DNA of 48,178 nucleotides from Acidimicrobiaceae bacterium. Lineage in GTDB: Bacteria > Actinomycetota > Acidimicrobiia > Acidimicrobiales > RAAP-2. The notes beneath the pieces were generated by a model. The model saw only the letters and a list, made by a program, of their open reading frames with translations. It was not told where the DNA came from and did no database searches. The stretch spans positions 1 through 48,178 of the forward strand of contig PLER01000046.1 of NCBI GenBank assembly GCA_003136495.1, read 5' to 3'. Made by a program: the position numbers and the translations under genes. Numbering within the stretch: position 1 is the stretch's first letter; each line of letters opens with the position of its first letter. This document shows positions 18,469 to 27,671 of this stretch, in pieces.

Positions 18469-18478
18469 AGTGTACTGT
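18469..18478. promoter_or_regulatory. Overlapping divergent -10 elements for psuG and cdd
   Basis: Plus TACTGT (18473-18478) 6 nt before cdd GTG; minus TACACT (18474-18469) 9 nt before psuG GTG. Confidence 0.55.
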
Positions 18479-18484
18479 GAGGTC

Positions 18485-18904
18485 GTGAGTTCGGTCCCTG
18501 AGCGTGCCTGGACGGAACTGCGATCTCTCGCCCGCGACGCGGCCGCTCGCGCGTACGCGCCCTACTCCATGGTCACCGTCGGCGCGGCGGCCCTCACCAG
18601 TGACGGTACGACGGTCGTTGGTTCGAACGTGGAGAACGCGAGCTACGGTCTCACGCTGTGCGCCGAGTGTTCCCTCGTGAGCGACCTCGTTCGAGGCGGC
18701 GGCGGCCGCCTGGTGGCCGTCTCCGTGGTGGCCGGTGACGGCGAGCCCCTGACGCCGTGTGGTCGCTGTCGACAGTTGCTCTATGAGCACGGCGGCGCGG
18801 GACTGTTGGTCGACGCGGGTGAGGGACGGGGACCTTCGACCTTGGGCGACCTCCTGCCGGGGGCCTTCGGTCCGGAGGACCTCGGCACTCGGCGCAACGC
18901 GTGA
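18485..18904 (+). CDS. cdd: Cytidine deaminase (tetrameric type)
   Basis: AYAPYS, NVENASY..TLCAE, PCGRCRQ; this is the C-terminal part of ORF 17897..18904. Confidence 0.93.
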   Translation: MSSVPERAWTELRSLARDAAARAYAPYSMVTVGAAALTSDGTTVVGSNVENASYGLTLCAECSLVSDLVRGGGGRLVAVSVVAGDGEPLTPCGRCRQLLYEHGGAGLLVDAGEGRGPSTLGDLLPGAFGPEDLGTRRNA

Positions 18905-20184
18905 GTGACTTCTCGGCGGTGGAGCTCATCACCGGCAAACGCGACGGCGCCGCCCTGAGTGACGAGGCGATCGCCTGGGTGCTCGAGGCCTACCAGCGCG
19001 ACGACGTCGCCGAGGAACAGATGTCGGCGCTACTGATGGCCATCTACTTCAGGGGGCTGAGTCCGAGGGAGCTCACGGGATGGACCGACCGCATGATCGC
19101 CTCCGGTGAGCGTCTCGACCTACGCGGCCTATCTCGACCGACGGTCGACAAGCACTCGACCGGCGGCGTGGGCGACAAGATCTCGCTCATCCTCGCGCCC
19201 CTCGTGGCCGCCTGCGGCGCCGCCGTGCCGCAGCTCTCGGGCCGCGGACTTGGACACACGGGCGGGACCCTCGACAAACTCGAATCGATCCCGGGATGGC
19301 GCGCATCGCTCAGCAACGACGAGATCCGCGCGCAACTCGAGGACGTCGGTGCGGTGATCTGCGCGGCCGGCGCGGGCCTCGCGCCCGTCGACCGACGCCT
19401 CTACGCGCTACGCGACGTCACCGGGACCGTCGCGTCGATCCCCCTCATCTCCTCGTCGATCATGTCCAAGAAGATCGCCGAAGGTACGAGCGCCCTAGTG
19501 CTCGACGTCAAGTTCGGCAGCGGTGCCTTCATCAGCGAACGAGATCGAGCCGAGGAGCTGGCACGCACCATGGTGGGTCTCGGCCTCGCCCACGGGGTGA
19601 AGACCGTCGCTCACTTGACGCCGATGGCCACGCCCCTCGGTCGGGCCGTGGGTAACGCCATCGAGGTCACCGAGTCGGTCGAGGTGTTGCGCGGGGGAGG
19701 TCCGAGCGACGTACGAGAACTCACGTTGAACCTCGCGACGCTGATGCTCGAGCTCGTCGGACTCGACGTCGACCCCGCCACGAAGCTCGACGACGGATCG
19801 GCCTACGAGGTCTACCGGCGAATGATTGAGGCCCAAGGTGGTGACCCCGACGCGACGTTGGCCGAAGCACCGCTTCGCCACGTCGTCGAGGCGCCACGGG
19901 CGGGTTACGTCGAGCGAGTCGACGCCCTCGCGGTGGGCGTCGCGGCGTGGCGCCTGGGGGCCGGTCGCGCCCGCAAGGAAGATGACGTCAGCGCGAGCGC
20001 CGGCGTCATGGTGCTCGTTCGTGAAGGGGCTCTCGTCGAGGCTGGTCAGCCCGTCTTCGAACTACTCGCCGAGGACCAGTCGCACCTCGAGCGGGGCCTC
20101 GAGGCACTCACCGACTCCCTCCTCATCGGGGACGACGAGCCACGTTTCCCGGCGTCGCCGGGCGAGAACGTCATCCGGGGGTAG
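18901..20184 (+). CDS. deoA: Thymidine/pyrimidine-nucleoside phosphorylase
   Basis: DKHSTGGVGDK, SGRGLGHTGGTLDKLE, SIMSKK, LDVK.GSGAF. Confidence 0.95.
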   Translation: MSDFSAVELITGKRDGAALSDEAIAWVLEAYQRDDVAEEQMSALLMAIYFRGLSPRELTGWTDRMIASGERLDLRGLSRPTVDKHSTGGVGDKISLILAPLVAACGAAVPQLSGRGLGHTGGTLDKLESIPGWRASLSNDEIRAQLEDVGAVICAAGAGLAPVDRRLYALRDVTGTVASIPLISSSIMSKKIAEGTSALVLDVKFGSGAFISERDRAEELARTMVGLGLAHGVKTVAHLTPMATPLGRAVGNAIEVTESVEVLRGGGPSDVRELTLNLATLMLELVGLDVDPATKLDDGSAYEVYRRMIEAQGGDPDATLAEAPLRHVVEAPRAGYVERVDALAVGVAAWRLGAGRARKEDDVSASAGVMVLVREGALVEAGQPVFELLAEDQSHLERGLEALTDSLLIGDDEPRFPASPGENVIRG

Positions 20185-20212
20185 CTGCGGGCGCGTTGGC
20201 TAGTCTGCCCCT

Positions 20213-21310
20213 ATGACCAGCACCGCGCTCACCCCGTCGTTGATCAAGCGAGCGCCGAAGGTGCTGTTACACGAACACCTCGACGGCGGACTACGCCCCG
20301 CCACGGTCATCGAACTAGCGAGAGAGGCCAACTTCGCCGGGCTCCCGACGAGTGACCCGGACGAGCTCGCCGCGTGGTTCGTGGTCGACGCGCCCGGCAG
20401 TGACCTCGTGCGATACCTCGAGGGCTTCGCCTACACGACCGCCGTCATGCAGACGAGAGACCGGCTCGAGCGCGTGGCCGCCGAGAGCGCCGTGGACTTA
20501 GCCCGTGACGGCGTCGTCTACGCCGAGGTGCGTTTCGCACCCGAACTGCACGTCGAGGGTGGGCTGAGCCTCGATGAGATCGTGCGCGCGGTGCTCGATG
20601 GTTTCGCCCAGGGCACCAAGGAGGCCGCCAACGAGGGTCACCGCATCGTCGTGCGCACCATCCTCTCAGCCATGCGCCAGGCGTCGATGAGCGAGACCGT
20701 CGCCCGATTGGCGGTGAATTTTCGCGACGACGGCGTCTGCGGCTTCGACATCGCGGGACCCGAAGACGGCTTCCCTCCGACCAAGCACCTGCGCGCCTTC
20801 CACCTCATCCAGCGCGAGGACTTCCACTTGACCATCCACGCCGGCGAAGCGTTCGGCCTGCCGTCGATCTGGGAGGCGGTGCAGTTCTGTAACGCCGAGC
20901 GACTGGGCCACGGCGTGCGCATCGTCGACGACATCCAAGAGATTGACGGACGCGTGGTCCTTGGTCGCCTCGCGAACTACGTGCGCGACCGACGCATCCC
21001 CCTCGAGGTCTGTCCGACCTCCAACGTTCACACCGGTGTCGCGACCTCGATCGCCACCCACCCGATCGATCTCTTAAAGCGACTGCGATTTCGCGTCACG
21101 CTCAACACCGATAATCGCCTCATGAGTGGCATCACCTTGAGCGAGGAGTTCGCGCGTTGCACCGAGGCCTTTGGTTGGACCCTGGAGGACATGGAGTGGC
21201 TGACCTTGAACGCCGCCAAGAGCACCTTCTACGAGTTCGACCAACGCCTGGCGATGATCAACACCGTCATCAAACCCGGCTACGCCGCCCTCAGGTCAGA
21301 GACGCAGTAG
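20213..21310 (+). CDS. add: Adenosine deaminase
   Basis: PKVLLHEHLDG, YAEVRFAP, TIHAGE, RLGHG, EVCPTSN, NTDNRL. Confidence 0.93.
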   Translation: MTSTALTPSLIKRAPKVLLHEHLDGGLRPATVIELAREANFAGLPTSDPDELAAWFVVDAPGSDLVRYLEGFAYTTAVMQTRDRLERVAAESAVDLARDGVVYAEVRFAPELHVEGGLSLDEIVRAVLDGFAQGTKEAANEGHRIVVRTILSAMRQASMSETVARLAVNFRDDGVCGFDIAGPEDGFPPTKHLRAFHLIQREDFHLTIHAGEAFGLPSIWEAVQFCNAERLGHGVRIVDDIQEIDGRVVLGRLANYVRDRRIPLEVCPTSNVHTGVATSIATHPIDLLKRLRFRVTLNTDNRLMSGITLSEEFARCTEAFGWTLEDMEWLTLNAAKSTFYEFDQRLAMINTVIKPGYAALRSETQ

Positions 21311-22945
21311 GTCGCCGAGACTGTCGCGGATCTCCTGGTCGATTCGCCGGGCGAGGTGTCGTTGTTCGACGAGCGCACCCTCCCGGGGCGGGGTCACCTC
21401 GACGTAGGCCTTCAGTTTCGCCTCGGTGCCCGAAGGCCGAACGATGACTCGCCCCGTCGCGCCGAGTTCCAAGATCAGCCCGTCGGTTGGGGGCAGACCG
21501 CGCCCGCCGACGCGGAGGTCAATGCTCGAGGTGACGCGAAGGGTCCCGAGCGTGAGCGGGGGTGACGAGCGCAGGTCCTCGAGTGCACGCTGAATCGACG
21601 CGAGTCCGTCCGGTCCTTCCGCGCGTATCGAGAGTTGCGAGGTGGCGTGGACCCCGAAGCGTTCTTCGAGCTCGTCGAGGCGCCCGAGGAGGGAGTGACC
21701 GTGTCGGGAGAGGTCGTCGGCGAGCGCACAGAGCGCGAGGGCGCTCGAGAGCCCGTCCTTGTCGGCGACCAGTGGGTCGACCGCGTACCCGAGGGCTTCT
21801 TCGTACCCGAAGCCGAGCACGCCCGCACCCGCGGCCCGCGAGATCCACTTAAAGCCGGTCAGCGTCGTGGCGAAACGCGCCCCGGCCTCCTTCGCCATCG
21901 CTTCGAGCAGCGTGGAAGAGACAATGGACGTGGCGATCACCTCGTCGCGTTCGACGATCTCCGCGAGCAGCGAGGACGCGAGCAGCCAGCCGATCTGGTC
22001 GCCGCCGAGCACGACCCACTCGTCGTCCACTCGCACCGCCGCGCCCAGGCGGTCCGCGTCCGGGTCGTTCGCGATGATGAGCGTCGACCCGGCGTGCGTC
22101 GCGGTCGCGATCGCGAGGTCCAACGCGCCGGGCTCTTCGGGATTGGGAAAGGGCAGCGTGGGGAACGATCCATCGGGAGCGAACTGTTCGGCGACGACGG
22201 TGACCTGGTCGTAGCCGGCCAGCGAGAACAGCCGGGTCATCTCGGCGCCGCCCACCCCGTGCAGCGGGGTGTAGGTGATGTTGAGCGCGCTCGTTTCGAC
22301 GCCGAATCGCGCGACCATGTGCGCGTCGTAGGCCGCCAGCGTCGCCGGCGGGACGAACTGGTGTCCCGCAGCGGTGCGGTCGGCGAGCACCGCTTCGCCC
22401 GCCGCCTGCGCGAAGCGTTCGACAATCTCGTCGTCGGGCGGCACGATCTGCGCGCCGTCGCGGGCGTAGAGCTTGAAACCGTTATCCTGCGGCGGATTGT
22501 GGCTGGCGGTGATCATGATGCCGGCCACCGCACCGAGCGCCTTGACGCCGTAGGGCACGAGTGGCGTGGGCAGCGCCGAGGGCATCTCGAACACCGAGAC
22601 GCCCGCACCCAGCAGCACCGCGACGACTTCGTCGTTGAAGCGTTCCGACCCGTGCCGCGCGTCGCGACCGACGACGACCCCGCGCCTGACGTCGAGTCCG
22701 CTCTCCTTGAGCCACGCCACCACGCCCTGGGTGGCGCGACGCACGGTGGCCCGGTTCATCCCCGCCGGACCGGCCATCTCCGGGCCTCGCAGGCCCGCCG
22801 TGCCAAAGGTCAGCGGCGCCGCGAAACGACGTTCGAGTTCTGCTTCGTCTCCCGCCTCGAGCAACTCGCGCAACGTCGCTTGGTCATCGTGGTCGGGGTC
22901 CTCATCGATCCACGAGGTCACACGCTCGCGCAGTGACTGGTTCAC
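21296..22945 (-). CDS. Alpha-D-phosphohexomutase-family phosphosugar mutase (probable phosphopentomutase by context)
   Basis: FGTAGLRG, ITASHNP, DPDADR, GYEEA, RPSGTE.K. Confidence 0.88.
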   Translation of the reverse strand: MNQSLRERVTSWIDEDPDHDDQATLRELLEAGDEAELERRFAAPLTFGTAGLRGPEMAGPAGMNRATVRRATQGVVAWLKESGLDVRRGVVVGRDARHGSERFNDEVVAVLLGAGVSVFEMPSALPTPLVPYGVKALGAVAGIMITASHNPPQDNGFKLYARDGAQIVPPDDEIVERFAQAAGEAVLADRTAAGHQFVPPATLAAYDAHMVARFGVETSALNITYTPLHGVGGAEMTRLFSLAGYDQVTVVAEQFAPDGSFPTLPFPNPEEPGALDLAIATATHAGSTLIIANDPDADRLGAAVRVDDEWVVLGGDQIGWLLASSLLAEIVERDEVIATSIVSSTLLEAMAKEAGARFATTLTGFKWISRAAGAGVLGFGYEEALGYAVDPLVADKDGLSSALALCALADDLSRHGHSLLGRLDELEERFGVHATSQLSIRAEGPDGLASIQRALEDLRSSPPLTLGTLRVTSSIDLRVGGRGLPPTDGLILELGATGRVIVRPSGTEAKLKAYVEVTPPREGALVEQRHLARRIDQEIRDSLGDLLRL

Positions 22946-23760
22946 AGCACCGCGAGCAACGTGGCCAACAGGTCACCCAGCGACGTCGCCGCTGATTGAC
23001 CGGCTTCGAGCACCTCGGCGTGACTGAGCGCGCCGGTGGCGACCCCGGCCGCGAAGTTGGACACGAGACCGAGGCCGAGCACCTCGGCCCCGAGGTGACG
23101 CGCGGCGATTGATTCGAGCACCGTCGACATACCCACGACCGTCGCGCCCATGGTGCGGACCATCTCAATCTCGGCGGGGGTCTCGTAGTGCGGACCCCGC
23201 ACGCCGACGTAGACCGCTTCGTTGAGACCCGGCACGGTTTCGTGCACGACGTGGCGCAGTCGCGCGCTGTAGAGGTCGCTGAGATCGACGAAGCGTGCGC
23301 TCACCCCCTCGGGCGGCGGCGGTCCTTCGAGGGGCGACGTCGCGGTGAGATTGATCTGGTCGCGAATGACCACGACGTTGCCCGGCGGGATCGACAATAA
23401 GAGACCACCGCACGCGTTGGTGAGCACGACCGTCTTCGCCCCGGCCTTGATCAAGGTGCGCACCGGGTGCACGACCTCACTCGCACTGTGGCCCTCGTAG
23501 AGGTGCACCCGACCGGCGAGAAGGGCGACGTGACGACCAGCGACCTCGAGGGAGAGGATCTGGCCGAGGTGGCCCGCGACACTGGGCGCGGCGAATCCAC
23601 TCAGCGTCGAAGTGGCGACCTCACTGCTGGGCGCCCCGAGGGCCGCGGCGCCCTCCTTCCAACCCGAGCCCAGTACGACGGCGACGTCGTAGTGATCGAC
23701 ACCACTTCGTTCCCGAAGCTGCTGAGCGGCGACGTCGGCGAGTTCGTAGGGGTTCGTCAC
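22942..23760 (-). CDS. punA: Purine nucleoside phosphorylase (trimeric type)
   Basis: VLGSGW, GRVHLYEG, LTNACGG, GPHYETPAE, VGMSTV.E; GTG 23760 overlaps upstream TAG. Confidence 0.93.
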   Translation of the reverse strand: MTNPYELADVAAQQLRERSGVDHYDVAVVLGSGWKEGAAALGAPSSEVATSTLSGFAAPSVAGHLGQILSLEVAGRHVALLAGRVHLYEGHSASEVVHPVRTLIKAGAKTVVLTNACGGLLLSIPPGNVVVIRDQINLTATSPLEGPPPPEGVSARFVDLSDLYSARLRHVVHETVPGLNEAVYVGVRGPHYETPAEIEMVRTMGATVVGMSTVLESIAARHLGAEVLGLGLVSNFAAGVATGALSHAEVLEAGQSAATSLGDLLATLLAVL

Positions 23761-24611
23761 TACTGCCCGATCGTGTGCCACACGGTGGAGGTCTCGAGGA
23801 AGGCGCGCAGTCGCGCCAACGACGCGTCGCCCCGGCCCGGTCGCAGCACGCGCTTGATCGAACCCGCAGCCAGCAACGCCAGTTCGTCGGCGAAAGCTTC
23901 GTTAACGCCGCTGAGATCGACGCCGTCGACGTCCTCGTGCGCGCAAAGGGTCGGCGCGAGTTCGCCCGTGCGACCGGTGAGGATATTGAGTACTCCCGAG
24001 GGAACGTCGGACGTCGCGGTCATCTCGCCGAGTAACACCGCGGGCGTCGGACGCTGCTCGCTGGCGAGGACCACGACGGCGTTGCCCGCCGCGATGGGTG
24101 CACAGACCGCGTCGACGAAGGCCTCAAGTGACGAGTCCTGGTCGGCGATGACGCCGACGACACCACTGGGCACCGGCAGGGAAAAGTTGAAGTAGGGACC
24201 CGCGACGGGATTCGCGCCACCGAAGACCTGGGCGATTTTGTCGCTCCACCCCGCGTACCACACGACCCGGTCGATCGCTCGCGCGACACTGAGTTGGGAC
24301 GCTCGCGCGCGCAGTCCCTCCGAGAGGGCGACGTGTTCGGCGAGTTCGTCGCGACGAGACTCGGCCATCTCGGCGAGACGGTAGATGACCTGACCACGGT
24401 GGTACGCGCTCTGGGACCACCAGCTGGCTTGCGCCGCGCGCGCGGCGACCACGGCGTCGCGCACGTCCTTGCGCGACGCTTGCGCGACGTTCGCCAGGAA
24501 GGTACCGCTCGCGGCGGTGACTTCGTAGGTGCGACCGGACTCCGAGCGCGGGAAGGCGCCGTTGATGAGGAGCTTGAAGGTCTTACGTACCTCGAGGCGT
24601 TCAGTGGACAT
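23760..24611 (-). CDS. Truncated aldehyde-dehydrogenase-fold protein (Rossmann domain only; no catalytic domain)
   Basis: KTFKLLINGAFPRSESGR, WYAGWSDK, AAGNAVV, GVLNILTG; lacks ELGG and the catalytic Cys segment. Confidence 0.85.
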   Translation of the reverse strand: MSTERLEVRKTFKLLINGAFPRSESGRTYEVTAASGTFLANVAQASRKDVRDAVVAARAAQASWWSQSAYHRGQVIYRLAEMAESRRDELAEHVALSEGLRARASQLSVARAIDRVVWYAGWSDKIAQVFGGANPVAGPYFNFSLPVPSGVVGVIADQDSSLEAFVDAVCAPIAAGNAVVVLASEQRPTPAVLLGEMTATSDVPSGVLNILTGRTGELAPTLCAHEDVDGVDLSGVNEAFADELALLAAGSIKRVLRPGRGDASLARLRAFLETSTVWHTIGQ

Positions 24612-26067
24612 CGAGGTACGCCTCCAGGCCGTGGCGGCCACCCTCGCGGCCGAAACCCGACTCCCGCACCCCGCCGAAGGGGCTCGTCGGGTCGAAGCGG
24701 TTGTAGGTGTTGGCCCAGATCACCCCGGCGCGCAGGCGCTGGGCAACCCAGAGCGTGCGGCTCCCCTTCTCGCTCCACACCCCACAGGCGAGTCCGTACT
24801 TGGTGTTATTCGCCTTGGCGACCGCTTCGTCGGGGGTGCGAAAGGTGAGGACCGACAGCACTGGACCAAAGATCTCCTCACGCGCGATGCGGTGGGACTG
24901 CGCGACGTCGGCGAAGACGGTCGGTGCGAACCAGTAACCCTTGTCGGGGAGCACGCACGTGCTGGTGTAGCGGGTAGCGCCCTCGTGCTCGCCGTACGCG
25001 GCGAGCTCATTGATCCGAGCGAGTTGGGCGGCCGAGTTGATCGCGCCCACGTCGGTGTTCTTATCGAGCGGATCCCCCACGCGCAACTGGTCGACTCGGC
25101 GCACGAGGCGTCGGAGCACGTCGTCGGCGATCGACTCTTGGACCAGGAGCCGCGAGCCGGCGCAGCACACGTGACCTTGGTTGAAGAAGATCCCGTCGAT
25201 GATGCCCTCGATCATCTCGTCGACCGGCGCGTCTTCAAAGACGATGTTGGCGCCCTTGCCGCCGAGCTCCAGCGTCAGGCCCTTGTGGCTCGCGGCGACG
25301 CGTTCTTGAATCAGTCGTCCTACTTCGGTGGAACCCGTGAAAGCGATCTTGTCGACGCCGGGGTGATCAACCAGCGCCGAGCCCGTGGTGCCATCCCCGG
25401 TGATGATATTCACCACCCCCGGCGGCAGGTCGGCCTGTTGGAGGATCTCGGCGAGGAGTAGCGCGGTCAGCGGCGTGGTCTCGGCGGGCTTGAGCACGCA
25501 GGTGTTCCCGGCGGCGAGGGCGGGTGCCAGTTTCCACGCGGCCATGAGGAGTGGAAAGTTCCACGGGATGATCTGTCCCGCCACGCCGAGCGCGGTCGGC
25601 TTCGCGCCGTAACCGGCAAACTCCAACTTGTCGGCCCAGCCCGCGTAATAAAAGAAGTGGGCCGCCGCCAACGGCACGTCGACGTCGCGCGACTCACGAA
25701 TCGGCTTACCGTTATCGAGAGTCTCGGCGACGGCCAGTTCACGCGAGCGCTCTTGAATGAGCCGGGCGATGCGATAGAGGTACTTCGCGCGCTGGGCGCC
25801 GCTCAACTTCGACCAGGTCGTCTCGTACGCGCGCCGTGCCGCCTTCACGGCGACGTCGACGTCGCTCGCCGAGGCGAGGGCCACGCGGGCGAGCACCGTT
25901 TCCGTGGCGGGGTTGATCGTGGCGAAGGAGTCGTGCGAGGAGGGATCCGTGAAGCGGCCGTCGATAAAGAGTCCGTAGGCGTCGCGAAACGTGACGATCG
26001 CCGCCGATTCGGGCGCGGGGTCGTAGGTCATCGCGCCGAGACGCGACTGCGTCAGATCATCGCTCAC
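24601..26067 (-). CDS. Aldehyde dehydrogenase (acetaldehyde from DeoC is the likely substrate)
   Basis: IIPWNFP, KPAE, FTGST.VG, LELGGK, FNQGHVCCAG, EEIFGP, PFGG; start 26067, 26031 or 26109. Confidence 0.92.
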   Translation of the reverse strand: MSDDLTQSRLGAMTYDPAPESAAIVTFRDAYGLFIDGRFTDPSSHDSFATINPATETVLARVALASASDVDVAVKAARRAYETTWSKLSGAQRAKYLYRIARLIQERSRELAVAETLDNGKPIRESRDVDVPLAAAHFFYYAGWADKLEFAGYGAKPTALGVAGQIIPWNFPLLMAAWKLAPALAAGNTCVLKPAETTPLTALLLAEILQQADLPPGVVNIITGDGTTGSALVDHPGVDKIAFTGSTEVGRLIQERVAASHKGLTLELGGKGANIVFEDAPVDEMIEGIIDGIFFNQGHVCCAGSRLLVQESIADDVLRRLVRRVDQLRVGDPLDKNTDVGAINSAAQLARINELAAYGEHEGATRYTSTCVLPDKGYWFAPTVFADVAQSHRIAREEIFGPVLSVLTFRTPDEAVAKANNTKYGLACGVWSEKGSRTLWVAQRLRAGVIWANTYNRFDPTSPFGGVRESGFGREGGRHGLEAYLDVH

Positions 26068-26068
26068 G

Positions 26069-27070
26069 TCAGTCGCCGCTGAACTCGTCGGGGCGGACGT
26101 AGGCGCCACGGTGCTGCTTGAGTCGCTGCATCAAGAGGTCGTTGAGGAGCGACGAGGCGCCGAATCGAAACCCGTCGGGGGTGAGCCAGGAGGAGCCCGC
26201 GGTCTCGTTCACGACGACCAGGTAGCGCAGCGCGTCCTTGGCGCTGCGGATGCCCCCGGCGACCTTCACGCCCACGCGCAGTCCCGTCGCTTCGGCGAAG
26301 TCGCGCACGCTCTCGAGCATCACCAGCGCCGTCGGCAGCGTCGCGGACACCCCGACCTTGCCGGTCGAGGTCTTTATGAAATCGGCGCCCGCCAACATGG
26401 CGAGCCAACTCGCCCGACGGACGTTGTCGTACGTCTTGAGTTCCCCGACCTCCAAGATCACCTTCAAGTGCGTCGCGCCGCAGAGCTCCTTGATCGCCAC
26501 GACCTCGTCGAAGACCTGACCGTAGCGACCGGCAAGAAACGCGCCACGGTCGATCACCATGTCAATCTCGTCGGCCCCGGCGTCGAGTGCCTCCTTGACG
26601 TCGAGCACTTTGACCGCCATCGACGCCCGACCTGAGGGGAACGCCGTCGCCACCGCGGCGACCTTGACGGTAGAAGCGCCCAGCACAGTGCGCGCGTGGG
26701 CAACGAGATCGGGGTAGACACACACCGCCGCCACGCTCGGCACCTCGGGAGCGTTCGCGTCGGGGTGGAGCGCCTTCGCGCAGAGCGACGTCACTCGACC
26801 GGGCGTGTCCGCGCCTTCGAGGGTCGTCAAGTCGACCATTGAGATGGCGAGGTCGAGGGCCGCGAGTTTCGTCGACTTCTTCAGCGACCTCGTCGCCAAC
26901 TTGGCCGCACGAGCCTCAGCGCCGACGGCGTCCACGCCCGAAAGTGCGCCGAGCAGGCCACGGAGTTGCGCTTCTGACTCGATGGATGGCAGCGACGAGT
27001 TCGACGGTAACTGGACCGCCCGATCGTCCCTCGTGACCAGCCGAAGCGGTGCCGTACTCACTCGACTCAC
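26069..27070 (-). CDS. deoC: Deoxyribose-phosphate aldolase (long form)
   Basis: DLTTLEG.D, AVCVYP, GADEIDMVI, LKVILE, DFIKTSTGK, GVK.AGGIR, FRFGASSL. Confidence 0.95.
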   Translation of the reverse strand: MSRVSTAPLRLVTRDDRAVQLPSNSSLPSIESEAQLRGLLGALSGVDAVGAEARAAKLATRSLKKSTKLAALDLAISMVDLTTLEGADTPGRVTSLCAKALHPDANAPEVPSVAAVCVYPDLVAHARTVLGASTVKVAAVATAFPSGRASMAVKVLDVKEALDAGADEIDMVIDRGAFLAGRYGQVFDEVVAIKELCGATHLKVILEVGELKTYDNVRRASWLAMLAGADFIKTSTGKVGVSATLPTALVMLESVRDFAEATGLRVGVKVAGGIRSAKDALRYLVVVNETAGSSWLTPDGFRFGASSLLNDLLMQRLKQHRGAYVRPDEFSGD

Positions 27071-27071
27071 G

Positions 27072-27671
27072 CTAGCCCTCGTTGGGATTCACCACTTCGT
27101 GGGCGCCCTCGAGGTAAATCGGTAACTCGCCCGCACCGAGTCGATCCGCGAGTGAGGGCGCACCGGCGTCCTTCGCGCTCACGACCGCATCGCCACTGAG
27201 CGTCCACGGCACGCCAATCTCGGTGTCGAAGGGGTCGATTTCGAGTTCCGTGTCGGGGTTGAAGGGTGAGGCGAGGAGGTAGGTGAGCGCGCCGAGCTCG
27301 CTGGTGACGCAGAACCCGTGCGCGGCGCCCCCGGGTACGAGCACCGAGCGATCTTCGTCGCTGCCGAGGTGCACGACTTCAACGCGCCCAAAGGTTGGAG
27401 AACCGATGCGTACGTCGACGATCACGTCGTCGAGTTCCCCGTAGGCGCAGGTCACCACCTTCGATTGACCACCGGGAGCCAGTGAGTAGTGCAAACCCCG
27501 CACAACGTCGCGGCGCGACATCGAGAGGTTCGCCTGGGCGATGGGGAAGTCGACGCCGCTCGCTTCGAAGTCACTGCGCTTGAACCACTCGCGAAAGAAG
27601 CCCCGTTGGTCTCCCCATACTTTCGACTCGAGGACGTACGCACCGTGAATCGAAAGCGGAACTAACTTCAC
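27072..27671 (-). CDS. rfbC: dTDP-4-dehydrorhamnose 3,5-epimerase
   Basis: DQRGFFRE, Q.N.S.S, VRGLHY, VDVRIGSPTFG, AHGF; GTG overlaps rfbB stop. Confidence 0.9.
   Translation of the reverse strand: MKLVPLSIHGAYVLESKVWGDQRGFFREWFKRSDFEASGVDFPIAQANLSMSRRDVVRGLHYSLAPGGQSKVVTCAYGELDDVIVDVRIGSPTFGRVEVVHLGSDEDRSVLVPGGAAHGFCVTSELGALTYLLASPFNPDTELEIDPFDTEIGVPWTLSGDAVVSAKDAGAPSLADRLGAGELPIYLEGAHEVVNPNEG

Noticed and set aside
17897-18484. Long N-terminal extension or fusion on cytidine deaminase
   Set aside because: It is antisense to psuG; homology and a -10 element point to GTG 18485 as the start.
23760-24611. Short ALDH as a pseudogene
   Set aside because: Intact frame, coupled overlaps with both neighbours, and clean loss of a single domain.
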